This document shows, one piece after another, positions 12,519 to 25,799 of a DNA stretch of 64,000 bases. The position numbers and the translations under genes are program-made. The stretch spans positions 496,001 through 560,000 of the forward strand of contig JBNZDD010013726.1 in the NCBI GenBank assembly GCA_050575255.1, given 5' to 3'. Below the pieces are notes generated by a model. It worked only from the letters and a program-made list of their open reading frames with translations. It made no database searches and had not been told where the DNA came from. Every line of letters starts with the position of its first letter. The stretch's first letter is position 1. Source of the stretch: Harriotta raleighana. Its lineage: Eukaryota.

Positions 12519-13274
12519 TGTAAGATAACATTTCACATATAGCAAATTTTTCATGATGGAGAAAACAGATACTGTAATATGATAAATGTTTTCTCTGGGT
12601 CACATTTTAAGATGTAGTAGAATTCCAAATGGAAATTTATTTTGTGGTATGAGATGATTTTTCTCTCCCCACAAAAATAAGTTTTTATTTGAATTGACTG
12701 ATAACTGTTGTTGCCTTCTAATCTAGGATTATATCTCTATAGGCAATTTTTATATTTGCAGTGACATCATATAAATCCGTGCTTTTTTTAATATAAAATT
12801 ATGATTTTTCAAAATACTGTATGTTAATAAATGGTAAGGTTACTTCAGCAAGCCATATGTAGATAACCCTTTGCCAGAATCTACAAAATTAAAAAGTCCA
12901 CTATAGTATTTGCATTTTCCTGCAAGTATGCGGTTAGTAAGTAAACTTTACAGTGAAACACTTAAGATATCCTCATGACCAGAAAGACTTCATATCAAAT
13001 GCGAGGATTACAATTAAAATAGACTCTCAATTTATAATATAATTTCTATTTGAGCTGAAGAATAATACTTGCTTGGTACTTGAATATACATGCTTTAATT
13101 TCCATGCTGAATTTTACAAATTCAAATGATGCAAATGATAGCTGACCATTATTAAGATTCTGATATTTAAAAGAGTTGATAAATTCATCATGAATAATGC
13201 CAACTTTTCCTCAAAAGTGAAGCAATAAATAGGTTCCTTTCCACTGGTGCATAGAATGCCTTAAATAGCCTTAA

Positions 13275-13554
13275 ATGCCTTCAGCCACTCAGTCCCCAGG
13301 CTCTGGAACTCCATCCCCCAGTGCCTTCGCCTCGGTTCCTCCCTTTCCTCTTTCAAAGCCGGTCTCAAGACCTTTCTCTTCGACCATGCCTTCAGCTCCC
13401 CTCTCGACTCTCTATCCCCTCCTCGCTCCCTCCTTTCCCTCCCCTCGCCCTGATCATTTCCCCCTGCTCGGGTCCTAAACCAACTGTCCAGCGCCTTGGG
13501 ACGTCCTCCCGACGTGAAACGCGCTCTATAAATGCAATCTTATTGTTGTTGTTG
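13275..13554 (+). mobile_element. Young L2 3' end
   Basis: Encodes AFSHSVPRLWNSIPQCLRLGSSLSSFKAGLKTFLFDHAF; tail CAGCGCCTTGGGACGTCCTCCCGACGTGAAACGCGCTCTATAAATGCAATC..(TTG)n with CpGs intact; near-identical to 63001-63189. Confidence 0.95.
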
Positions 13555-13885
13555 ATAAATAGATACATCAAAATACTGTATTCTGTGATTTCACACAAAC
13601 ATGTTTGCCCCTGGATGCTATAAAATACAATTACTATTTTAGTTTTTTTAAACATCTCAAAACAAAGTTATATTGAGCCAATATAAAATATATTTTAATG
13701 AAAATGAATCTCAACTAAAATGATGACTTTCAAAGTGTAATCATTGGGCACACAGAACACGGTAAAAATGATCCATCAGACCACTGAAGAGGTTTTGTAC
13801 AAAGGTCAATCCAGTTGCTCTGTTTTTGCTGTACTTACAAGCAGAAACCTTTATCCCAAGACAGTCAAACCTAAGGTTCAGCAAG

Positions 13886-13945
13886 AACAACAAATTGCAT
13901 ATGTATAGTGCCTTTCATGTCAGGAGGACATTCCAAAGAGCTGGT
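13886..13945 (-). mobile_element. L2 3' tail fragment
   Basis: AACAACAAATTGCATATGTATAGTGCCTTTCATGTCAGGAGGACATTCC is the reverse complement of the L2 tail. Confidence 0.8.
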
Positions 13946-15034
13946 TAGTCAAAGATCTGAACTTCAGGGTTTCAATGGTAATTCCAGGAGACATAAGAAA
14001 GAGTTTCTTTGCACAATGGGTAATCAATGATGAGAACAGGATCGCAGAGTTGCTTCACCACTGCTCCAATGTTGTGGAATTCATTTCACAGTGTAAATGG
14101 AGTACATTTCACAGCACTTAGAGTCCAGGATGTTGTACAAGTACTTCTTATTGAAGCAGCTCTGTTTACATATTCTTAATATAGTACTGTACTGTGAAGT
14201 TGATTTCATTAATTGTTTCTATTTTCTATAGGGATTTTTTAAGAAATAAAATTTTGTGTATAAGTGGCTTCATGCATGTAGGATTGGACTAAATTGCTTT
14301 AGCATTGCGATGTATTCAATGGCCCATTTGCCACTCACATTCCACCTGTTACTGATCTACTTAAGGTATTGATTTCAGAATCTATTTTGGCGAGTGTTTT
14401 ACAGTAGTTCTTCATACTTTATATCTACAAATAACACCACAGTATATTTCACTTAACAGCATGTCTCTAGCTTCATCATTAACATCTTCTAGCAGGCAGA
14501 CATCTTTATTGGCCTGCAAATATTTAATAATGTATCAAAGGAACCAATGGTTATGGTTGCATTAGGATTATATCAGTAACATTTGCTTTTAAACTGTTGG
14601 TACAAACAGTCTCTTTTCAACCCTTTGTATGAGAGCAACTTAATCATTTATACAGCATGTTCAATCTTACAAAACATTAGGATAATCTTCAAAGAAGTAA
14701 AAAAAAAGTGCAGACTGCTGAAATAAGTTCACTGTCTCCAGCAATAAATTGGTATATTAAGTTGACTTTCTGCATCTGAGCATCATGTACTTTAATCTTT
14801 CTTTTTCTGGTCCATATAATAGTACTGCAGTAAGAGAAGTAGTGTAACATATTGGATTTCTGTGGTTAGAATTCTTTTTGGATCACGTACAAATTTATCT
14901 GGCCGTATCCTGAACTGTAGAACATCGTGACATACACATGATAATTGCGAAGCAGCAGAAGTTCCAGTTGTGGCTTTTCCAGTTGGACATTACACATTTT
15001 CCTGTAATTTATTCTGATACTTTAGACACCAGAG

Positions 15035-15319
15035 ATAATGATAATCATAATCCATGCATTTCGTATGTTGCCTTTTGCATCTTCACAACATCTCAAAGTG
15101 CTTCACAGAATATATTGTAAAGCGAATTGACTATAATTGTGAGCGAAATGCGGCAGTCAATTGCGCACAGTACTGTCCCACAAACAGTTGTAGATTGAAG
15201 TCACCAATTTTTTTAGAGATTATTATCAGGTGTGTGGAATAAGGCAACGTACCCAAGGTTTGGCCCTGCCGGGAATCGAACCCAGGTTTCTCCCTTTTCA
15301 CTGAGCTACAGGACTACAT
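15035..15319 (-). mobile_element. Young tRNA-derived SINE, near full length (deletion in head)
   Basis: Same family; B box GGTTCGATTCC on the minus strand. Confidence 0.93.
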
Positions 15320-15537
15320 ATGTATGTTACATCTGCATCTTGGAAATAGAAATGTAAGCAAGGAAAGGAGAAAAGAGAATAAGACAGAAAGCAACCAGAC
15401 ATTGGACAGATAAAGATAAAACAAATTGAATAAAAACTTCTAAATCAGAATGAAGGAAAACAAATAAAAAAGAATATTAGATGGTAAAAAAAGTGTTAAA
15501 CGGTGCAACAAAATGGAGATTCTGAAATAATAAATCA

Positions 15538-15640
15538 ATAATAAATGTAGCATTCGACATTGCCATTCACATCAGGAGGAAATCTCAAAAAGCTTTACAG
15601 GATATACTGGAAAGTGTTTGACAAAATTTTGTGAGCTAAA
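15538..15640 (-). mobile_element. Diverged SINE/L2 3' fragment
   Basis: TTCACATCAGGAGGAAATCTCAAAAGCTTTACAGGATATACTGGAAAGTG matches the SINE 3' region. Confidence 0.65.
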
Positions 15641-16599
15641 TAGAAAAATAAAATTGGGTGTGTCCGGTAGGGTCCCCATAGGTTTGCTGCATCTCTAAAA
15701 TAAAGTTCTGGTTTGCTGAACACATTTGCCTCTGTGAAATAGTTAATCTTGAAATTAATGGGCAATTCTGTACTTGGTGTGGTTTCAGAGTGATAATCTC
15801 CATAAATTCACTCTTTATGCAGTGCCAGTTTTTATTTGAAATGCGTAATCATTATCAAAGTGTATGATAAGGTACAATGGCAATTAATGTAACATTATGT
15901 CAGAAGGTGTAAGTAAATGGATTTAAGTTCTGGGAATTGTTTCACGTCAGGTATTTCCTCACCTTTCAGTCAGTTTATTCCTCCCACAGGGCATGACATG
16001 GCATAAAGAGTACAATATGCTGATCTTTGAAATGTTATTGACTGCAGACAGGACGTCCTGTAGACATTCACTTCGTACTGGTCTATGAGAAAATGCCCAA
16101 GTATACATTCACCACTTGGAACATGTGTTCATCTAATTAAACTTGATGGCTAACAGATGATAATGGGATCATTATTATGAGATTAATTGGTGTGATTCTT
16201 ATCTACAAATGGCATCCTCTTTGATATCACAAAGCTATTCAACATTACACAGAAACTACAGAAACTGTTGCGAGAAAGTGAAATAGTCGGAGTGGTACAG
16301 TGACAGGCAGAATGGTGAAAAATCAAAAATGGAAACCAGACACAAAGGTATTAATAGATCAAATATTTTCTAGAGAAGGAAAAGTACATCTATTTTGGGG
16401 TGATCATTAAAGACTTTAGGTTTTGAATAACAGAAACTTTTCTTTGCATATGTTGGCCTGAAATGCTTTCCTGGTGAGGTTAGAAGCTGATGAGATAGAA
16501 TGCTGGACTTCTCTGCATGAGCTGAAGGGATGGTAACAGCAGCTTCAGGCCTCAAAGAGGAATGCTAACTTCACCAATCCAGGCTAATTTGGGAAAACG

Positions 16600-17010
16600 C
16601 ATTCTTTTATTATGAAAGCTGGTTTGAGGAATAAAGCTGATTTTAGACATCGGTCTGAGGCGTGGAATGCTAAACTAGATTATGGTCAGTGTTCTAGAAA
16701 ATTGAGATCAAATAGGCTGAAGTGTCTTCTCCACACCAAAGCTCTCTGGTGATCTTGTGAACAATTCAGGCGGGCACCACTAAATAATCATGTCTTTGAC
16801 CCTCAAGGTGAAAATTAGCCTGCTGGATTGAAGGTTAGTTTGGTTTACCAAAAATTAGCAGATTGGAAGAATAAATGAAACAAAAACATTGGATTTGGTC
16901 AGTAATCATCTGCAAGGTATGATCAATATTTCATCTTTTCATTACACTGTTCAATGATAACCTGGAGGAGAGCACTGCTTATCAAATTTGCTGACATTCA
17001 GCTAATGTGG
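16600..17010 (+). mobile_element. Decayed CR1 fragments (3' end and RT piece)
   Basis: CR1-like 3' end GATCAAATAGGCTGAAGTGTCTTCT..GATCTTGTGA and RT remnant TTCAATGATAACCTGGAG..ATCAAATTTGCTGAC (IKFAD). Confidence 0.5.
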
Positions 17011-17260
17011 CCAGATGTCTAAAACTAAAACTAATACAAGTTACATGACATGGATTCACACTTTACCAACAGTCCCAGACTATGCCAGCAGTACTCGGGT
17101 TTGGATGAGGTCATATTCATGAAAGGGATATTTTTCATAAAACCACCTGTCACTGCCGGGCATTCTATTTATACCAAATAGAATTAAAAGCACGTCAAGC
17201 AATATTGCCAGTCGACAGCAAGGCCTCTCCATATTGTTCTCTTTATTCCCACTTCCTTTT

Positions 17261-17957
17261 TTATTTCTGTCGACTATTTTTGTCGACTCCAAGATCGATC
17301 TATGAGATTATATATTTTTTCCCCTCCTTGATGTCTCTCTCTTTCTCTCGCTCACCTTTTCTTTCCCCCCGACCACCAACTCACCACTCCCCCACTAACA
17401 CCCCCCACCCCTGACTCGCTTTATCTCACTACTTACCTCATTCTCTGATCTCTAAGCCATGCCATGAACTGCAGCCCTGGTCAGATCACTAAACAGATGT
17501 GTGCACAAATACTGCTGCTGTTGGAATGTCACAACAGCTGGTGTTCCTACTAAGGTACTATTTTACATCGAGAATAAACAATGACCACAAGTGGGTTACA
17601 AAAGCTGCGTGACCTCATAAACCATGAATGAAGCTCAAGTCATTATCCAAAGCTTAGAAGTGTGTTACAATCTTGAAAACAATCCCAAACATTTTTTATA
17701 CAATACTGTGTACCCAGTTTAGTTGTGATGACCCTTTCTGAGTTTACCACTAAAATGTTACTATATGTGCTTCTGTCTTGCAACGCTTACTTGTGGCTGT
17801 TAAATTTTTATGGGGGGTGGTAGTGGGGGAGTGATGAGTTGGTGGTCGGGGGGAAAGAAAAGGTGAGAGAGAGAAAGAGAGAGACATCAAGGAGGGGAAA
17901 AAATATATAATCTCATAGATCGAGCTTGGAGTTGACAAAAATAGTCGACAGAAATAA
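17261..17957. repeat. Long inverted repeat: arms 17261-17407 and 17811-17957
   Basis: 147-bp arms, 5 mismatches by manual alignment, 403-bp spacer; mirrored by near-identical ORFs 17205-17414(+) and 17750-17938(-). Confidence 0.97.
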
Positions 17958-18479
17958 CAACAAAATTACATTTATAGAGTATGCATACCCTTCTCTATGC
18001 AATAGGAATAGAGGATATTTTATATTGCTAGGCTCTAATTGGGGTAGGATGGAGTAGACTGATTGAACTCAGATGTCCACTCTTCTACAGAAATGAACTA
18101 TTCTTCCAAAGTTTAAACTTTGCTCTTTACTGTGTTAGAAATTGTGAAATTTGAATAACTGCATTCTCTTCACTGAGATTGTTTCAAGTAAGTTCTTGTA
18201 TTGTCTACAGACAGATAGGACAGCTCGGGTGGCAATCTTACAATTGCCCGAAAGGTGAAAATGCACTTTAAGGGTCTCTAGTATGATGGTGAGTGGGTAT
18301 GATTCACAGTCCTGGAAGTGACGTGTTCAACCAGGGAATTAGAAAAACAGGCCATCTGTTCTACGCACCTGCAAATTTATTTTCCGGCAACTGACTAAAG
18401 CAGCGGTGGCAATCAAAGGAAACATTTCAATGCTAATAAATATATGGCAAAGGTGGAAGGAAGGACAAACCAGAGTCAA

Positions 18480-19080
18480 AACTTTGAATGGGAAGTAAAT
18501 AATTTAGTTGCTGCTATTTTATTGCGTATGAGTCAACTTTATCTAAACTGATAGCAAATTTATACTTGCAGTCCTCAAATATTATAAAAGGCTCCAACCT
18601 GTTGACCTATGGGAACTCTGCTCTAGGTATCATATTTGATAGAGTGGAGATACAGTAGATCAGCATGCATTACTTCTGGTTACTGTAAGGAGCCCGATTT
18701 ATTAACTGATTTCCTAACAAAAAAAATCCCTTTAAGAAATAACTCAAATTATACCACCAAATTGTTCCTTTAATGCATTTTGAATACATTTTAGCTCATC
18801 TTCCAAAAGGGTACTGCCTTTGTTATCATATCCAGATTCTCCTGGTTCAGCTGTGTTTTTCATTTGTGTCAGTGAAGCTTAGGTTCTTTCCTGACTTTAT
18901 TGGGATACTTCTCTAAATCTCATGAGTACAGATGTTTTCAATAATAATTCACTCTTCTGATATCCCCAAGAAATGAACAAAGGACAATCTTATTTTTACG
19001 CTGTACAGTTTGTTACTTCTCTTTCCCTTTAGAACTTTGAAAAGCCTTTATCTAAAACACATAACTTATTGTTTTGCAAA
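18480..19080 (-). mobile_element. Decayed CR1 RT fragment
   Basis: Minus strand GAGTTCCCATAGGTCAACAGGTTGGAGCC resembles the coding sequence of GVPQGSVLGP, followed by AAATTTGCT (KFA). Confidence 0.45.
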
Positions 19081-21645
19081 CTCAAAACACATAAGTTATT
19101 CCTTTTTAAGTTAACTGTAACTTTTGTTCGTGAGAATTAAATTCATACACAATTCCAAACAGAAAATTCCAAAGTACAAAATCACTTCCCATTGCTCACC
19201 CATATGTGATGTGAATATCTTAAACACCCCAGCCAAGAAATGTTCTCAAAGCCTTTATTATTCATTTTTTCAAAAAAAAATATTCATATAACTCTTTCCA
19301 TATTTTTTTTGCTCTTCTCTTCTTTCCTCAAATGCCAAATCCAGAGAGGAGCATCTCTGCAGACACAATCAGTGTGCTTCCTTGTTTAACCTGCTGGGTT
19401 CTTAAAGTTATCCAGCTGAGACTACTAAAACTTGCCTTCACCCAAAGGGAGATCCTGTTGCTAATGCAAGTCGAGACTCAGATTCAAATTCAGGGCCAAC
19501 ATGCTAGATCATAGCTACTGTGATGTATGTACAATGTGAAATTTAATCACATTTTAAAATCTGACTTTACAGACTATTAAAGGCACTTTTCAAATTTCAG
19601 TTGTCACTCAAAAGAATTTCTTTTCAATGTTGTATCTTCCTAATCAAGGATGGAAACAATTGTCATGTTGCCTAGTTCTGTACATCTTATAAAACTCACA
19701 TTCATCAATGTCATATCATCTGCATTGCTGTAGTAAATGACTGGGTTAAAACAATATGAATGTACTCCCCCTCTAATTCTTTTCGGAAGAAGTTAAAAAG
19801 GATTGAAAAGGGGGAGAGCACAAGTCATTCAGGAATCAGCAGATTGTATATCAAGTGAATTAGCAGCAGGTATGAGAAAATTATTCTTTCCCACAAGAAT
19901 ACTATGGATATATAAAACAGTGGCAAAGTGCTCATCTAGACTTGATTAAAGGAGAATGGAAGAAACAAGCTAAAGTGTACATGTTTTGTTTAAAATCTAC
20001 TTTGTTTAAAATCTGTATGAAAGAACAAAAGTTAAAATATTCATTTTCTACACAAGACAACAACTTCAGCTGTATATATTTCAAAGATCAGGTACTTATT
20101 GGAATCAACAGCATTGTTGGAGTTTTAAAAAAATCATATAGCAGCAAATGTAGCAAATTAACATGACTTCTAAAATCAGAAGTCTCTATTTATTTAATAG
20201 GAGACATTTCCAGGGCCATCCTACTACCTCCAACACATCAACTACAGTTTGCACAGAAATAAACGCTCCATAATGCATTTCATCTTTTTAAAGGAGATGA
20301 ATAGTAACAGACAATAAATACCACAAAGCGAAAACTCTGCGACCCTCTATATGACTCTCCGAAAATCTCACAATATAAAACTAAGCAATTTGCAATATGT
20401 AATTGTGACTAGTTGTACTTGCAGATGGATGACATTCCATTTGGTCCCAACAGAAACAGAAAGTTCCAGATTATTTTATCATCTGTGTCCAAATGTATCT
20501 CTATGATCTGTGATCCTCAGATACCAGTAGGAGCATTTATTTGGACCAAATGCTTTTCCTCTCACTCACTACGACTGTGTAAATGTCACACGTATTACTG
20601 TTATAAAGATACTCGAACATCTGAAGCAGCTTTATTACTGTAATATTAACTTGAAGTTGATCAATTCTACGATAGAAAGCTTTAAATTCCATATACAGTA
20701 TCTTCTATTCTGTGGAGGAGAAGAAAGAATTCTTACATTCTCAAGTTTCACTTCATCTTGCCAATTCTGCACTGGTATCTTGCAGGCCCTGTGATCAGTT
20801 TAACTAAACAAGTGAACTACAAATAGAGTTGGGTAGGAGTATGCATGCTTTCTCTAACACCAAACAAAAGCCTGCAGGATTCTAAATCTTCTGCATCTTT
20901 GAAGTCGGTTGATTTTGAAAACTCAAATCTTTACTGAACTTGAAAGTTAAATCCCACATTCCCCTCTGATGCTACCCCACCACCACCAAACTTTCTAATG
21001 ACTGCCATTTGAAACTTCATAACCATGAGATACTAAAACATGGGAACATTGTAACTGGTCTTCTGAATTAAAATCCATTAAAATCAATTTGTCTGCTATT
21101 ATTATTCATTTACACAATTTTAAGTTAACATTACAATAATAAAGAAACTTCTGATGTTTGAGAAGGGTCTTTTGGGATTCTTCTTGTAGAGATAGTCACA
21201 TAATAATCCTGTGAATAAAGACCTGAGTAAGTCATGTGTCAAAATCTTCTTCCTCATCTTCTACATCAGTTATTAACCCCAAATCAGTTTGATTCAAATT
21301 TTGGGAAGTGAAAGAAATCCAGAAGAACATATGGCTATTTTTTCTTTAAATAAACTTTGTGAGGTGTTTCAGTCCCACATTCCATACAGCCATTGGAAAA
21401 TAAGAATTTGTGACATGCATATATTCCAACGTTAATCATATAATTTCGCTTAAGGTACTTAAAAGCAGATATATATTGACTGCATATATATATCTACATA
21501 GTATAGCTGTCCTGCTTTTCTTGAGAGTTGTACTTTACTGTACTTGTACTGTACTATCCAACATCTTCTTCCAATCCTTAGAAAAATCTTTTCCATGTAA
21601 ATGTTACTGATTCTGCTGAATATATCCTTTGATGGAAGCATGGAG

Positions 21646-21760
21646 TAATCATCATTATCATCCTTGCACTGATGTAGTGCTTTTCACGTCTTTTAGACCT
21701 CTCAAAGCACTTCACAGAATATACTGTAAAGTGAATTACATGTATATATGTGGGCGAAAT
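21646..21760 (-). mobile_element. 5'-truncated young SINE
   Basis: Family tail and 3' core. Confidence 0.9.
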
Positions 21761-24195
21761 AAATAAATAAATTGTTGAAATAAGACAAATCACATTTCCA
21801 AGTGAATTCCAATCATTTGTTCACTATTGACTTTAGGCTTGAGCAAAGGAAAATGAAATAAAGATAAAATCCTTTTACAGTAATAGCAATATATGCATGG
21901 AGATAATTTGATTCACCCAATTAACAGTGCATCTCAGTAAGTGAGATTCAGACCAAGATTGCGAGAACATGAAGAACTCCTATCTCTAATTCCTTCAGTA
22001 AATACAAAATAAATTTAACATATCGACACTCTTTGTACCTTTCACAACTGGACACATCTTATTCTTATGTTCTTTACCAAACCTTCCCCAAACGGTGAGT
22101 AACCCAATTGATTTTCGGACTACCAACAGGTCAAAAGCTAACACAAAGAGAAATAGAGATACCAGATCCCTTAATCGTAATACTCCTTTTCTAAAGGAAT
22201 GCCAGAGAGCAATCTATTTGTCAGAATCAATACAGCTTGGAAGATTAATTTTATCTAATAAATAAACTCCTTCCTGTAACCAAACTGCTTGAGGGTACAA
22301 ACAAATCTCCTCACCCCTCTCCACAGATACCAACACAGCAGGTCTCACATGGCCTTTGCTGAAGTCATGATGTTCACCTAAAATCCCTTCTTCAACTTGA
22401 ATTCAAACATTACGTTTTGTCTAGGTCCTTTCTGGATCAGAATTCTATGTGTTGTGCAAAACATAACCCTTTGTCATTTGCCATTATTGTGTATTGACTG
22501 TGGTAGATATTATTTTAAAAAAACATACTGTTAAAGAGCAGAAATTATGAATTTTTCTTCAAGATTTTTTTTAAAAGAAAGAATTTTTCATCTGCCATGC
22601 ATGATTTATGCTTTCACAGTTGTACTTTACTATAGTTGTACTTTACTGTTATGCAGTATTATCACTCAGAGACCCCTATGATATAGAACCATGTTTGAAG
22701 GAGATCCTTTGAGATTATAGCATTTAAATGGAGGTAAAACCTTATAACACACCTATAAATCCTCATGACAAGGAGGCTGAAGTTTTGAATAGTTTCTGTG
22801 CTCTCACTTTGATAGAAAGTAAGGTTTATATTACATTATGTTTTCCACTGTAAATTATTTATCTGCTGTACTTTGCCCACCCCAATATTACTAAAGGAAA
22901 GCTATAAACATAGTATATCACTTCCTAACAGCTGAGAATAGAACGGTTGCCTTATAAATCAATTCAATTATTATTTCTTCAAGTGTATAAGTTTTACAGG
23001 CATTGTCAAAAATACACATGAGCTGGCTAGACTATGAAATTAACGAAAGGAAATAATACTGGCACAGTTCCTTGAAATGTGTTTTTTAAAAAGGGGAGCC
23101 AATGTAAATATCTGATACTTTTCAGAACAAAGTAATACAACATTGAGTAGGGTGAAATTGAATATTGAAGGACATATAAAATAACTTAATATTTGCCTTA
23201 GCTGTATAACATTGCAACATTCAATGGAGATTATATTGCATCAAACAATTATTTATTTGCTTTGCTTCTTGTAGGAAGCATTAAGAATCTCTCCGCAATT
23301 TAGCTGTTGTTCTTAGAATAATATTATTCTACCGTCTATATTCTGCCTTGTATGGAAATTCCCCTTTTAGTCTGTGGCTGCTCTATAATGAAGCCTACAC
23401 ATTTCAAGCTGTGGAATGCAGACAGATCTCTTGAACACTAATCTGATAAGTACTGACATTTAACCCACTCAGACTGACATTGGCAGTTCTGCACCATGTC
23501 AAGAAAGTGTGGCAGGTTATCACTTTTCACATTATTTAGAGAATGTAATGGCATACATGTTCCTTTTTATTTTATTAAAGGACCAGAAAATATAGGTTGA
23601 TTGCAGCCTTAAGCCTTAAGGCTATTTGCTCTTGTATCCTCACACCTCATTGCTACCTGTTCTGGTACAGTGATGATGTAATTCAGCAGCTCCTTGGAGA
23701 TAGACAGAGTAATTTAAAATGTAAACTCATCTGATCATCTTCACTGCTAGAACTTCTGTGGAATTATAACTATTATTATTTTCTAATACAAATACACAGT
23801 CATATCATTGGTGATGGTACTATTTACCTGTCAAATGTTAGTGAGAATTTAAACAACATATTATCCTTTTGAATTTGGTTCATAATCCCATAACACTAAT
23901 AATAACAGCAGCATAAGAATAAAGGAAGAACACTTATTTGATCCAGGTTACTTTGACTGAAGTGCATTCACGTTTTAAACCCATTTGTGCTCCAACATAA
24001 TGTTCTCTCTTCATCTTGTGCAGCATCAAAGCCTGTTCCTCCTTAACTGGAACTTGTCTGCTTCTTTCAGAAAGTATTCTGCTTATTCGATGTTGGTGAC
24101 ATCTTGTTCTGAGCTGATATTTTTATGTCGCAAACAAAGTGACTTCCAGCAATATACTGTAGTGATGTGAAGCAGGAAGTCTAAGTCATACTTAC

Positions 24196-24220
24196 AGATA
24201 AGCATCACACCAAGTAAAGC
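24196..24220 (-). other. Candidate 25-nt microexon of an unidentified host gene
   Basis: Minus strand TTTTTATTTTTACAG|GCTTTACTTGGTGTGATGCTTATCT|GTAAGTAT: strong acceptor and consensus donor in unique sequence. Confidence 0.3.
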
Positions 24221-24639
24221 CTGTAAAAATAAAAATTCGTACCTGTGCATATATGTGATAGAGAACAGTGAATGCCTTTGTGTAATGTTTGCTCAAGAAA
24301 GAATGATATTGAAGAATAGACAACTTTATATTAATAGCCAATAAATAATTAAGCATTTATTTATTGATAAAGGGGCCATCTGTCATTGCAATAGAGAGCA
24401 TATGTCGACCCAACAATTGATTTGACATCTTCTGTCAACAAAATGCAATTGAAATAAAAAGAAACTGAACTATGCTCTTCTAAATTAACTGCTGGATCAA
24501 TTTCTCTTCATGGCTAGTTATTAAATGCCGCATTGATAAAAGTAACAGTACATATGACTGATATGCCTATAATTAGAGCTCCAAACTACAGGTTTGGGAA
24601 GCAAGCGTTTCATTAAGTTTTACAGGAGGAGGAGAAACC

Positions 24640-24890
24640 AAGTAGAGCAGTGGGTTAGAATGAGTCCTTTCATCTCCATGAGCTTGGGTTACAAACTACA
24701 CCAGATTGATGGGATGAAAGCTGTGCAAATGCAGAAAGAGCAAGCTTCTAACTAAAATTAGTTCAGAGATGGGACTGCTCTAAGGTTGGAACGCAGTGGG
24801 ATAAGTGTGGAGTTGGCTTCACTCTGCACGCAGTTTGTGCTGCACCTGGCCTGGAAATGCTTTATGATGATATTTAGTGCTGAAAGCTAA
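24640..24890 (+). mobile_element. LF-SINE-like ancient tRNA-SINE relic
   Basis: CCTTTCATCTCCATGAGCTTGGGTTACAAACT..GAAAG and AAGGTTGGAACGCAGTGGGATAAGTGTGG..GCTTCACTCTGC..TGCTGCACCTG parallel the recalled LF-SINE head and 3' blocks. Confidence 0.55.
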
Positions 24891-25799
24891 ACTTATTTCA
24901 TTCTATAGGAATCACACCGCACTTCAATGTTAACAAAAATCCAAAATGTTGAAGGGTCTGCAATCATCCGTATAGTTTAGTTTGATTCCAGCCACATTTT
25001 AAAAAACTTTAAACAACCACATGAACCAACAATTTGCTGCATCTGCTTGAATTAACAGTGGCAAAATGTTAAGAATATGAAGTATTGCTGTTGGCAAGTA
25101 AACTCAAATAATATTGTTCTCCCAAGATGTGTAGCATGCAGAGAAAATACCTCTCTATGATTATACTGCTCCAGAGTATAAAACTGTTGCCTGTAATTTA
25201 TATCTAAGTCACAGTTAATTATTGTCAACTTGTAGTTACACACATTTATTTCCTTTCAAAAATGCACACCATTTAAATTATGTGCTTTAAATAAGGACAA
25301 TGTAGAGAGGAAACCATTTTTATTTTCCTGTGTGATTTCTGTAATTTCTAATGCCAGAATTGTCAGCAATTTGGAACATTTTAAAACAAAGCACTATGAA
25401 TCTGAGACTCGTTTAAAAACAGACAGCAGAAATATTACCTAGCTTGGAAGAGCAAAGTATGACAAAAGAATTGAATTGTTTTACGAGTATCCTGAATAAC
25501 ACATTTTAAATGAAAGTAGCTTGAAAAAAAAATGAAGAAAATAGCCAGGGAAAGACCGGAACTTGGCAACACATCAGAAACAAAAGCTATTCTAAAGAAT
25601 ATTCTCCAATAGGGTATGGCTTCATATCCGGCATCACATCTAAGTACGGATGAAGATTTCCATCCTTACAAATTACTGTTAAGGTTCATGAGTACAATTA
25701 ATAAACATCTTCAGCATATTACATACTGTTATTTGGTGGATGCACTTATGAGTGAGGCAAAAGTGTGCTGTTTCTGTTCATGGTTTTTGCTGGCTAAAA

